A stretch of DNA of 64,000 bases from Chitinophaga pinensis. Lineage in GTDB: Bacteria; Bacteroidota; Bacteroidia; UKL13-3. Location of the stretch: contig CAMAWM010000001.1 of assembly GCA_945861965.1 (NCBI GenBank), positions 43,565-107,564 on the forward strand, written 5' to 3'. Shown here in pieces: positions 18,658 through 27,751 of this stretch (the first letter of the stretch is position 1; every line of letters begins with the position of its first letter). The translations under genes were made by a program, and so were the position numbers. The notes below the pieces were generated by a model that did not search any database, was not told the DNA's origin, and saw only the letters and a program-made list of their open reading frames with translations.

Positions 18658-18698
18658 AAAACCAAAAACCCGCTTCCAAACAGAAGCGGGTTTTTTTA
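18658..18698 (+). terminator. Rho-independent terminator; right copy of the 41-bp direct repeat
   Basis: aaaaccaaaaacccgcttccaaaCagaagcgggttttttta, identical to 16628-16668 at 40 of 41 positions. Confidence 0.8.
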
Positions 18699-18757
18699 TG
18701 AAATTGTATTTTTTTTTTTAAAAAACTATTTAATTGCAGAACTAATTAATAAAAATC

Positions 18758-20074
18758 ATGAAAAACATTTTGCTAATCTTAAGTATTTTACTTTCGCATT
18801 TTGCGCAAGCACAAGTAGGAATTGGTACAAGCTCGCCCAATTCAAAAGCAGTGTTAGATTTAACATCTACCACCAAAGGATTGTTGGTGCCGAGAATGTT
18901 AGCTTCAGAAAAAACGGCCATTTCATCACCAGCAACCGGACTTTTAATTTACCAAACCGATGGCACAGCTGGGTTTTATTATTATACGGGTTCAGCCTTG
19001 ATACTTATTAGTTCCGAACTATTAAGTAAAACAGAAGGAACAAATTTTACAAGCAGTTTATTGGTTGGACATAAAACTGCAAGCGGAATAAGTAATGCAA
19101 ATAATAATACGGGTATTGGTATTGATGCATTAAGTTCGCTAACTACTGGAGATGAAAATGCTGGAGTTGGGTTTACTGCTTTGGGTTCAAATACAGGCGG
19201 AAATTATAATACTGCAAATGGTGCTTACGCGCTTGGTTTAAATACAAATGGGTCTAATAATGTTGCTGTTGGCAACTCTTCACTTTACAATAATGCCACA
19301 AGCGATAATGTTGCAGTTGGTTATAAATCACTTTTTACAAATACATCAGGTTCATCTCATGTTGCAATTGGTGCAAACGCACTTAAGTCAAATACAGTAG
19401 GGTTATATAATACAGCATTGGGCTGCAGTACTTTATATTCAAATACAAATACAGGTTTAAATACCGCTTGTGGTTATAAAGCGTTATTTTTAAGTATGGG
19501 GAATAATAATACTGCACTTGGAGCTGAAGCTGGATATGATATAACAACAGGCTCTAACGTAACATGTATAGGTTATAATGCACAGCCTTCTTCTGCAACC
19601 GTATCAAACCAATTTGTATTAGGTAATTCTTCTGTTACAGATTTAAGATGTGCGGATCAAGTGATTGCTGCTTTATCAGACAGAAGAGATAAAGCAGAAA
19701 TTAAAAATATTACCGAAGGAATTGATTTTGTAAAAAAATTAAATCCAGTAACCTTTACATGGAACACACGCGATAAAGCTAAGGTTGGGATTCCTGATGT
19801 AGGATTTATTGCACAAGAATTATTGGCATTGCAAAACAACTCAAAAATAGGCAAAAATTTAGCTTTGGTTAATGCCAGCAATCCTGAGAGATTGGAAGCA
19901 CAATATGGCAATCTGTTGCCGGTATTGGTAAAAGCAATTCAAGAATTGAGTGCGCAAAATGAGACACAAAAGAAATTGAATGAATTGCAGCAAAAACAAA
20001 TTGAAAGGCAACAAAACGAATTGGCTGAATTGAAAAAAAGTATAAACAATTCGCAAGAAAGTGCTAAGAAATAA
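18758..20074 (+). CDS. Secreted tail-fibre-like protein with a C-terminal intramolecular-chaperone (Peptidase_S74) domain and a coiled-coil tail
   Basis: Signal peptide. The N-terminus (VGIGTSSPNSKAVLDLTSTTKGLLVPRM) is typical of Bacteroidetes tail-fibre-domain proteins. The central region carries degenerate NTA.G/SNT.G repeats, followed by an S74 chaperone-like segment (DRRDKAEIKNITEGIDFVKKLNPVTFTWN) and a Q/E/L coiled coil. Confidence 0.6.
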   Translation: MKNILLILSILLSHFAQAQVGIGTSSPNSKAVLDLTSTTKGLLVPRMLASEKTAISSPATGLLIYQTDGTAGFYYYTGSALILISSELLSKTEGTNFTSSLLVGHKTASGISNANNNTGIGIDALSSLTTGDENAGVGFTALGSNTGGNYNTANGAYALGLNTNGSNNVAVGNSSLYNNATSDNVAVGYKSLFTNTSGSSHVAIGANALKSNTVGLYNTALGCSTLYSNTNTGLNTACGYKALFLSMGNNNTALGAEAGYDITTGSNVTCIGYNAQPSSATVSNQFVLGNSSVTDLRCADQVIAALSDRRDKAEIKNITEGIDFVKKLNPVTFTWNTRDKAKVGIPDVGFIAQELLALQNNSKIGKNLALVNASNPERLEAQYGNLLPVLVKAIQELSAQNETQKKLNELQQKQIERQQNELAELKKSINNSQESAKK

Positions 20075-20088
20075 TCAATAAAAATGCA

Positions 20089-21816
20089 TTAATCAACATT
20101 GTCGTGCAAAAACGAATTGTTGGTTTTCATTTCCGATTTTCCGTTGGCATCTTCAAATAAACTCAAGCGCGATAATTGTTGTTCGCTGCTATGTGGCACC
20201 TCGTCTAATCTTTTGTTTCTGCGTTTGTAAGCGGGTTCTTTTTCCAAATCGCGCAATCCCTGTGGACTGGCTATGGTTATGTTTAGGTTTTTTAATTCTT
20301 TGATGCGCAATATGTGTTTTTCAATTCTTTTATCTTGATCTTCATTTATTGGCTCGCTTGTATTTAAATTAGAAGTTGTTTCTGTAGTGCTATACATAAT
20401 TTGTTGAACATGGCTGCTAATTTCGGTTTCTTTGTTTGATGTCATTCCAAAAGTATCAAATTCCAATTCTTCTGTATTTTCCATTTCTTCTTCTATTTCT
20501 GGAACATCGTTCGGAAAATCATAGATTTCAGTTTCTTCGCTTTCGTCAAATGCTTCGATAGAATTGACAATTTCAGTGCTTTCAACTTCTGCTATTGCTT
20601 CCTCTTCGTTTTGCATAAATTTTAGCAATTCCGAATTCGGATCTATTTCATTATTAACTTCCGAAATAATTTCCAAATCAATGCTTGATTCAGTTTCTAT
20701 TTCCGATTCAACAGTGTCATTGATTACAAATTCAATGTCATCGCTCTCGTTATTTATTTCAGGAATAAATTCAATTTCTTCCATTTTATTTTCAATAGGA
20801 AATTGTTGGAATGAATTTTCAGTAGCACCAATAATAATTTTATTTTCACGAGGTTCAAATCCAGTTGCAATTAAAGTAACAGAAATTGATTTGCCCAAAT
20901 TTTCATCGAAACTTGTACCAAAAATCAATTCAGCAGTTAATCCACTTTCTTGTTGAATATAAGCTGAAATTTGCTCCACTTCTTCCATCAATATTTCATC
21001 AGTTCCTGAAGTGATATTGAGCAAAATATTTTTAGCTCCAGTTATTTGATTGTCGTTTAATAATGGCGAAGCCAATGCTGCTTTTACTGCATTGATTGCT
21101 CTGTTTTCTCCCTGAGCAGTTGCACTTCCCATCAATGCTACTCCACTTGATTTCATTACGGTTTTTACGTCTTCAAAATCTACGTTTATATATCCAGGAT
21201 GAGTAATTATTTCTGCAATGCCTTTTGCAGCGGTTGTTAAAATATTATTGGCGTGTCCAAATGCTTCGCGCAATGCAAGATTGCCAAACATTTCTTTAAT
21301 TTTATCGTTGCTAATAATAAGTAAACAATCAACAGATCTTTTTAAATTTTCGAGCCCTTCATTTGCGTATGATTTTCTGCGTTTGCCTTCAAAATTAAAT
21401 GGTGTGGTTACAATACCAACAGTTAAAATGTCCATTTCTTTTGCAGTTTTAGCAATAATTGGTGCAGCACCAGTTCCGGTTCCGCCACCCATTCCGGCAG
21501 TAATAAAAAGCATTTTGGTATTTACGCCCAACATATCAATGATGTCTTCAATGGCTTCCATTGCAGCTTTTTTGCCAACTTCGGGGTTTGCTCCAGCGCC
21601 TAATCCTTGAGTAAGATTTGCGCCCAATTGTATTTTATTTACAATTGTACTCGCTTCCAATGCTTGTAAATCGGTATTGCAAACAATAAAATCTACACCT
21701 TTAATTCCTTGTTCTTGCATATGATTTACAGCGTTGCATCCGCCACCACCTACGCCAATAACTTTTATAATTGACGATCTTTCTTTAGGCATCATAAATT
21801 TGAAATTTGTTTCCAT
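20089..21816 (-). CDS. ftsZ: Cell division GTPase FtsZ with a long acidic C-terminal linker
   Basis: IKVIGVGGGGCNAVNHM and the tubulin signature GGGTGTGAAP. About 230 aa of D/E-rich low-complexity sequence precede the conserved C-terminal peptide. Confidence 0.95.
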   Translation of the reverse strand: METNFKFMMPKERSSIIKVIGVGGGGCNAVNHMQEQGIKGVDFIVCNTDLQALEASTIVNKIQLGANLTQGLGAGANPEVGKKAAMEAIEDIIDMLGVNTKMLFITAGMGGGTGTGAAPIIAKTAKEMDILTVGIVTTPFNFEGKRRKSYANEGLENLKRSVDCLLIISNDKIKEMFGNLALREAFGHANNILTTAAKGIAEIITHPGYINVDFEDVKTVMKSSGVALMGSATAQGENRAINAVKAALASPLLNDNQITGAKNILLNITSGTDEILMEEVEQISAYIQQESGLTAELIFGTSFDENLGKSISVTLIATGFEPRENKIIIGATENSFQQFPIENKMEEIEFIPEINNESDDIEFVINDTVESEIETESSIDLEIISEVNNEIDPNSELLKFMQNEEEAIAEVESTEIVNSIEAFDESEETEIYDFPNDVPEIEEEMENTEELEFDTFGMTSNKETEISSHVQQIMYSTTETTSNLNTSEPINEDQDKRIEKHILRIKELKNLNITIASPQGLRDLEKEPAYKRRNKRLDEVPHSSEQQLSRLSLFEDANGKSEMKTNNSFLHDNVD

Positions 21817-21849
21817 TTTGGTTTAGCTGTTTAACTAAATTATTTTTAT

Positions 21850-23160
21850 TTAAAAATCTTTCATGTCGTCTTCTTCGTACAACCAATTTTTTCCGCGTTC
21901 GATTAATTTTTTTAGAAAACCATTGCTTCCAACTTTTTCTTTTTGCTTTTCGGTAGATTTCAAGCGTGTTGTATTTTCATCCTCTGAACTTTGAAATCCT
22001 TTCATCACCAAACCAACACCGGTTGCATACATTGGGCTTTTTATTCCTTCGATTTCGCTTTTAGCCAAATGTTCGTTTGCATATCCAATACGCGAATCGA
22101 ATCCAGTTACTAGCTCAACCAACATGCTAAGATGCTTTAGTTGCGAACCGCCACCAGTAATTACAATACCAGCATTTAATTTTTTTTCAATTCCCGAGCT
22201 TTTTATTTCGTATAAAACAGATTCGAAAATCTCAGTAATTCTTGCTTCAATTACATGAGCAAGGTTTGTTACCGAAACTTCTTTTGCTGCACGTCCATGA
22301 AATCCTGGGATGCAAACAATTTCGTTTGAGTTGTTTTGTTCTGCTAATGCAGATCCGTATTTTATTTTAAGTTCTTCAGCTTGAATTTTTAATACTGCAC
22401 AGCCTTCAATTACATCTTCAGTTATTATATTTCCACCGAAAGGAATTACTGCAGTATGCCTAATAATACCATTTTTAAAAATGGCAACATCCGTTGTTCC
22501 ACCGCCAATATCAACTAAGCAAACACCTGCTTCCATTTCTTCTGGAGTAAGTACGGCTTCTGCTGATGAAAGGGGTTCTAAAATTAAATCTGCAATTTCT
22601 AGGTTTGATCTTTTAATGCATTTGTAAATATTTTTTATTGCATCTACGTGTCCAGTTATAATATGAAAATTGCTTGATAATCTAACACCGGTCATTCCAA
22701 TTGGATCGGTAACATCTAACACATCGTCAACCGAAAATTCTTGAGGCAATACATGTATTATTTCATCGCCATGTGGAAGTCGCAAATTGTAGGTGTCTTT
22801 AATCAATGCATCCACATCAGCTTTAGTAATTTCATCTTCTTTGTTGCTCCTGCTAATGCTATTCTTGTGTTGTAAACTTTTAATGTGTTGTCCAGCAATA
22901 CCAACATGAACACTTCCAATTTCAATTCGCATGTTTGCATTTTTGCTCATGCTTTCTTTTGCTTTTGCAATAGCTTCAGTAATGGCTCTTACGGTTTTGT
23001 CAATATTTCGAACTTCGCCTCTAATTACTCCTAAACTTTCGGCTTTACCCATTCCGAGTATTTCAATTTTTCCGTGTTCGGTTTTTGAGCCTACAATGGC
23101 ACATACTTTTGTAGTTCCAATATCTAAACCTACTACTACTTTTAATTCGCCTTGTTGCAT
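21850..23160 (-). CDS. ftsA: Cell division protein FtsA
   Basis: Actin-like ATPase fold (VVGLDIGTTKVCAIVG ... DIGGGTTD). Confidence 0.93.
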   Translation of the reverse strand: MQQGELKVVVGLDIGTTKVCAIVGSKTEHGKIEILGMGKAESLGVIRGEVRNIDKTVRAITEAIAKAKESMSKNANMRIEIGSVHVGIAGQHIKSLQHKNSISRSNKEDEITKADVDALIKDTYNLRLPHGDEIIHVLPQEFSVDDVLDVTDPIGMTGVRLSSNFHIITGHVDAIKNIYKCIKRSNLEIADLILEPLSSAEAVLTPEEMEAGVCLVDIGGGTTDVAIFKNGIIRHTAVIPFGGNIITEDVIEGCAVLKIQAEELKIKYGSALAEQNNSNEIVCIPGFHGRAAKEVSVTNLAHVIEARITEIFESVLYEIKSSGIEKKLNAGIVITGGGSQLKHLSMLVELVTGFDSRIGYANEHLAKSEIEGIKSPMYATGVGLVMKGFQSSEDENTTRLKSTEKQKEKVGSNGFLKKLIERGKNWLYEEDDMKDF

Positions 23161-23205
23161 GATATTATTTCAATTTTTTTAAAACTTTTTTTGCTTGAAT
23201 TTATT

Positions 23206-23994
23206 TTACTGCTTACAAACAACTTGACCTTTAAATCTCAAATCAATGCTTTTGTATTTATTCCAACCCACTCTATTCAATCCTTCTTTATAAAATATAA
23301 AAAGCTTTTCTAACTTTAGTTCAGCATCTTCTGCACTGCCAAAAAGTATTACATGTTTTCCAATATTTGGAACCAGAATAAACTCACTTTCAGCTGTTAC
23401 AAATATCTGATGTATCTGTGCTTTCCAGAACGCATGTTTATCAACAATTGTGGCTAAGTTGTATAGTTGTTCGCCCACGTATGAATAAAGTGAATCTTCT
23501 TTTTTATACCGCTCAAAAATATTTCCATTTGCAATAAGTACACGTGCAGTAAATTCATTTGACAATGGCATTTTTATTCCTTTTTTATCAATGTAATACT
23601 CGCTTCCATCGTATCTGATTATACGCAATAATGGAATTCGTTGATTGGTTTTTATAAAAATATTTCCACTTAAATCGCTGTAAACTTTTGCGTTTTCAAT
23701 ATGGCTTTGCTTGATAAGCAACTGCTCTAATTTTGCTGTATTAATTTCATTGATTCGTTTGCCTACAAGTTTATTTCCATCGTAATTTTCTATCGTATTT
23801 AATACGCTTTCGTTAGTAAAAAAACCAATTCCAAGCGGTTCGTTTTTAATTGTTATTTTTTTGCAAACAAGTTTTTCCTCCATATTGTTTACAAAAGCCA
23901 AGCAAAAAAATAATCCAGAAACCAGAACACACCACATAATTGTGATGGCGATTTTTTTAATAATTTGAATGGTTTTTCTATTAAATAATTTCAT
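23206..23994 (-). CDS. ftsQ: Cell division protein FtsQ/DivIB
   Basis: 262 aa with an N-terminal TM segment and a POTRA-like domain; its position between murC and ftsA in the dcw cluster supports the call. Confidence 0.75.
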   Translation of the reverse strand: MKLFNRKTIQIIKKIAITIMWCVLVSGLFFCLAFVNNMEEKLVCKKITIKNEPLGIGFFTNESVLNTIENYDGNKLVGKRINEINTAKLEQLLIKQSHIENAKVYSDLSGNIFIKTNQRIPLLRIIRYDGSEYYIDKKGIKMPLSNEFTARVLIANGNIFERYKKEDSLYSYVGEQLYNLATIVDKHAFWKAQIHQIFVTAESEFILVPNIGKHVILFGSAEDAELKLEKLFIFYKEGLNRVGWNKYKSIDLRFKGQVVCKQ

Positions 23995-24009
23995 TTTATA
24001 CTTGCTCAG

Positions 24010-25398
24010 CTACTTGCTTTTATTTGCTAAAAATATTTTTTTTAGAGGGTCTACTAACATATCGATATCGCCAGCGCCCAATGTTAAAAATATTTCAGGT
24101 TTGTTAAATTTTATTCTGTTTAATAACTCCTCTTTCGAGCAAAGTGATTTCGATTTCGATTTAATTTTATCGTAAAGTATTTTTGATGTTACACCTTTAA
24201 TTGGAAGCTCACGAGCAGGATAAATATCTAATAAAAAAACCTCATCGGCTAATGATAAACTTACAGCAAATTCTTTCGCGAAATCCCGAGTTCGTGAAAA
24301 CAAATGCGGTTGAAAAGCAACAGTAATTTTTCTTCCTTTGTACATATTTTTTACTGATGAAATAATTGCTTTAAGTTCTTCTGGATGGTGAGCATAATCG
24401 TCAATAAAAATTTGATTTTTATTTTTAACAATGTATTCAAACCTGCGCTTCACGCCCAAAAAACTCTTCAATGATTTTCTCAATTCTGTTATTGAAACTC
24501 CAAGCATCAAGCAAGCTGCACTAGCAGCTACTGCATTTTCTACATTGTGCAAACCTGGCATTCCAAGTTTAAGTTTTTTGTAAATTTTGTTTTTGTAATT
24601 AAGATCAAAAATGTATTCGCCATTTTTAATAATAATATTAAAAGCATACACATCTGCCTTTTCATTTATCGAATAAGTTATATATGAAACTTTTAATTTC
24701 TTTAGAATATCCAACTCCTTTTTAACAATTAGAGTTCCTCCACTAACTAAGCAATTAGAAAAATCTAAAAACGATTTTTTTAATTCCTTATGCTTACCAT
24801 AAATATCCAAATGATCAGCATCGGTTGAAGTAATAATTGATAAGTAAGGGCTAAGAGTAAGAAATGAGCGATCAAATTCATCAGCCTCAACAACCATTAA
24901 AGGATCTTTAGATTTTCTTTCGTTAAGCAATAAATTTGTATTGTAATTTGTTGAAATACCACCGAGAAAAGCTGAACAATCCAAACGGCTTTGTTTCAAT
25001 ATATGCGCTATCAAAGTTGATGTTGTTGTTTTCCCATGTGTGCCTGCAACTGCAATTGATTTCTGCTGTTTGCTAAGCAATCCTAATATTTCTGATCGTT
25101 TAAAGATTTCAAAATTATTTTTTATAAACCAAGCTAATTCCATGTTTTCTTTTGGAATTGCAGGCGTTAAAACAACAAAACAATTTGTATTGTCAATGTT
25201 GTATTTTAGTATTTGTTTGTAATTGTCGTCATAATGTATTTGTATGCCTTCGCTTTGCAATTTTTTAGTCAGATCAGTTTCAGTCTTATCGTATCCATAA
25301 ACTTTTAAGCCAATATGATTGAAATATCTTGCAATGGCACTCATGCCTATTCCACCTATTCCTAAAAAATAAATTTTATATTTAATGTGGGATATCAT
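24010..25398 (-). CDS. murC: UDP-N-acetylmuramate--L-alanine ligase
   Basis: IYFLGIGGIGMSAIARYF and a Mur ligase P-loop (GTHGKTTT). Confidence 0.92.
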   Translation of the reverse strand: MISHIKYKIYFLGIGGIGMSAIARYFNHIGLKVYGYDKTETDLTKKLQSEGIQIHYDDNYKQILKYNIDNTNCFVVLTPAIPKENMELAWFIKNNFEIFKRSEILGLLSKQQKSIAVAGTHGKTTTSTLIAHILKQSRLDCSAFLGGISTNYNTNLLLNERKSKDPLMVVEADEFDRSFLTLSPYLSIITSTDADHLDIYGKHKELKKSFLDFSNCLVSGGTLIVKKELDILKKLKVSYITYSINEKADVYAFNIIIKNGEYIFDLNYKNKIYKKLKLGMPGLHNVENAVAASAACLMLGVSITELRKSLKSFLGVKRRFEYIVKNKNQIFIDDYAHHPEELKAIISSVKNMYKGRKITVAFQPHLFSRTRDFAKEFAVSLSLADEVFLLDIYPARELPIKGVTSKILYDKIKSKSKSLCSKEELLNRIKFNKPEIFLTLGAGDIDMLVDPLKKIFLANKSK

Positions 25399-25414
25399 TT
25401 TCTATCAATTAAAT

Positions 25415-26524
25415 TTATACTTTATTTTTTGTTGCAATTAATTCTAGAACTTCATTTGCAATCATTTCTGCTGCGTTTGGAATTGAAAATTTTGCAATGT
25501 TATTTTTCAAAATATTTTGTTTTTCTGTATCATTCAATAGTTGAATAGCTTCATCAATTAATACATGTTTTGCATCTAAATCTTTAATAAGAATTGCTGC
25601 ATTTGCTTCACTCAATGATGTTGCATTTTTAGTTTGATGGTCTTCAGCAACATTAGGCGATGGAACTAATATTACTGGCTTTTCAACTAAACACAATTCG
25701 GCAATTGAAAGTGCGCCTGCTCTTGAAATGACGACATCTGCAGCCGAATAAGCAAGATCCATTTCATAGATAAAATTTTGAATAGCGAAATTTGGAAAGT
25801 GAATATTTTTTGCTTTTGAAAAGCTTTCTCCAGTTTGCCAAATCAAGTTGATGTTGGCTTGTTTTATTTTTTCAATGCCTTGAAAAATACTTTCATTAAT
25901 TGGCCTCGCACCTAAACTTCCACCAATTACCAGCAATGTTTTTTTATTTGGATCTAAATTGTAAAATGCAATGGCTTTATCTTTTTTATTAGAAATATTT
26001 TGCAAGTCTTCTCTTATTGGATTTCCTGTTTTTACAATTTTTTCTTCCGGAAAAAATCTTTGCATTCCATCGTAAGCAACACAAATTTTATCCACTCTGT
26101 TTTTTAAAATTTTATTGGTAATTCCTGCATAAGAATTTTGTTCATGAATAAGTGATGGGATTTTTTTTAGCGTTGCAGCATACAGCATTGCACCACTTGC
26201 ATATCCACCAAAACCAATGGCTACATCTGGTTTAAATTGTTTAATTATAGATAGTGATTTGACAACACTATAAATAATTTTGAATGGGAATAGAAAATTT
26301 TTATATGTAATTCTTCTTTGAAGTCCGCTGATCCATAAACCAATAATTTTATATCCAGCTTTTGGAATTTTTTCCATCTCCATTCTATCACTTGCTCCGA
26401 CAAATAAAAATTCCACATTTCCCTGCAGCATTTTTTGCAACGATTGAGCAACAGCAATAGCCGGATAAATATGACCACCTGTGCCACCACCTGAAATTAT
26501 TATTTTAATTTTTTTCATTAACAA
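25415..26524 (-). CDS. murG: Undecaprenyldiphospho-muramoylpentapeptide beta-N-acetylglucosaminyltransferase
   Basis: N-terminal motif IIISGGGTGGHIYPA and a GT28 fold. Confidence 0.92.
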   Translation of the reverse strand: MLMKKIKIIISGGGTGGHIYPAIAVAQSLQKMLQGNVEFLFVGASDRMEMEKIPKAGYKIIGLWISGLQRRITYKNFLFPFKIIYSVVKSLSIIKQFKPDVAIGFGGYASGAMLYAATLKKIPSLIHEQNSYAGITNKILKNRVDKICVAYDGMQRFFPEEKIVKTGNPIREDLQNISNKKDKAIAFYNLDPNKKTLLVIGGSLGARPINESIFQGIEKIKQANINLIWQTGESFSKAKNIHFPNFAIQNFIYEMDLAYSAADVVISRAGALSIAELCLVEKPVILVPSPNVAEDHQTKNATSLSEANAAILIKDLDAKHVLIDEAIQLLNDTEKQNILKNNIAKFSIPNAAEMIANEVLELIATKNKV

Positions 26525-27689
26525 CTACGGTTTCATTTAAATTATCTTCTGATTCAATATGTCGGCTTACGCTCATAATTATTCCAAATGCAACACTTGT
26601 AAATAATATGGAGGTTCCTCCTTTGCTTACTAATGGTAATGTTAAGCCAGTTACAGGAAAGAAATTTACAGCAACCGCCATATTTATTAATGCTTGAAAT
26701 ACTAAAGCAAAACTTAGCCCAACAGCAATCAAAGCGCCAAATGCTTTGGGTGCTTTTAAAACAATTCTAATGGCTCGCCATAAAAAAAACATATATAACA
26801 TCAACATAGCTACGGCTCCAATAAAACCATATTCTTCTGCAATAATTGCGTAAATAAAATCTGAATACGCTTCTGGCAAAAAATTTCTTTCAGTACTATT
26901 TCCTGGTAGTTTTCCAAATATTCCACCAGATGCAATAGCTATTTTAGCATGATCGTTTTGGTAACTAATGTCAGAATTGTAAACTGGATTTGTAAAATTT
27001 TCAATGCGGTGTTTCCAGGTTAATAATCGTGCTACATGTTTTAAATATTTTTCGGGTGTGTTGAATGCAATCAACAACATAAATGTGATAAGTAAAGAGA
27101 CTGCAGCTGTTAATGCAAGCAAGTGTTTTAAGCTTACACGGCCAATAAACATGATAAGCATACATGTTGAAAATAGTAAAGCTGCAGTCGAAAAATTTTC
27201 TGGCGCTATCAAAGCACATGTTACAGAAACATGAATTAGTATAGGCCAAAATCCTTTTTTGAAATCTTTAATTTCATCTTGCTTTTTAGCTAAAGTTCTT
27301 GTTACATATAATATAATAGCAACTTTAGCAAAGTCAGATGATTGAAGTGTGAAACCCAATATTGAAATCCATCTTTTGGCGCCATTAAATTCCAGTCCAA
27401 AAATTAAAGTGTATATCAACAAAGCGTACGAACACCAAAGCAATACTCTTGAAATGCTAATAAAATATTTATAATGAATGGTGTGTAAAAGCAACATTAT
27501 AAAAAATCCACTGAGCAAAAACATAAATTGATTAAACAAATATATCTCTGTATTTCCATTCGTTTTTTTATAGGCAAGTGCTCCTGTAGAACTGTATACA
27601 GCAAGCAATCCCCAAACAGAGAGAATTAAGATAATCAACCACATTAGTTGATCGCCACGAGGTTTTATTTTTTGCCAAACGCTTAGCAT
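26505..27689 (-). CDS. ftsW: Peptidoglycan glycosyltransferase FtsW (SEDS family)
   Basis: Polytopic membrane protein of the FtsW/RodA family, positioned between murD and murG in the dcw cluster. Confidence 0.88.
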   Translation of the reverse strand: MLSVWQKIKPRGDQLMWLIILILSVWGLLAVYSSTGALAYKKTNGNTEIYLFNQFMFLLSGFFIMLLLHTIHYKYFISISRVLLWCSYALLIYTLIFGLEFNGAKRWISILGFTLQSSDFAKVAIILYVTRTLAKKQDEIKDFKKGFWPILIHVSVTCALIAPENFSTAALLFSTCMLIMFIGRVSLKHLLALTAAVSLLITFMLLIAFNTPEKYLKHVARLLTWKHRIENFTNPVYNSDISYQNDHAKIAIASGGIFGKLPGNSTERNFLPEAYSDFIYAIIAEEYGFIGAVAMLMLYMFFLWRAIRIVLKAPKAFGALIAVGLSFALVFQALINMAVAVNFFPVTGLTLPLVSKGGTSILFTSVAFGIIMSVSRHIESEDNLNETVVVNEKN

Positions 27690-27751
27690 AAATTCAATTA
27701 TTAATTAATAACAACAACTTGTTTTAACTAATATTTATTTTTAATTTTTAA

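Noticed and set aside
20564-21610. Plus-strand ORFs 20564..20956 and 21218..21610 opposite ftsZ
   Set aside because: They are antisense to a highly conserved gene and are compositional artefacts of the acidic linker and Gly-rich core.
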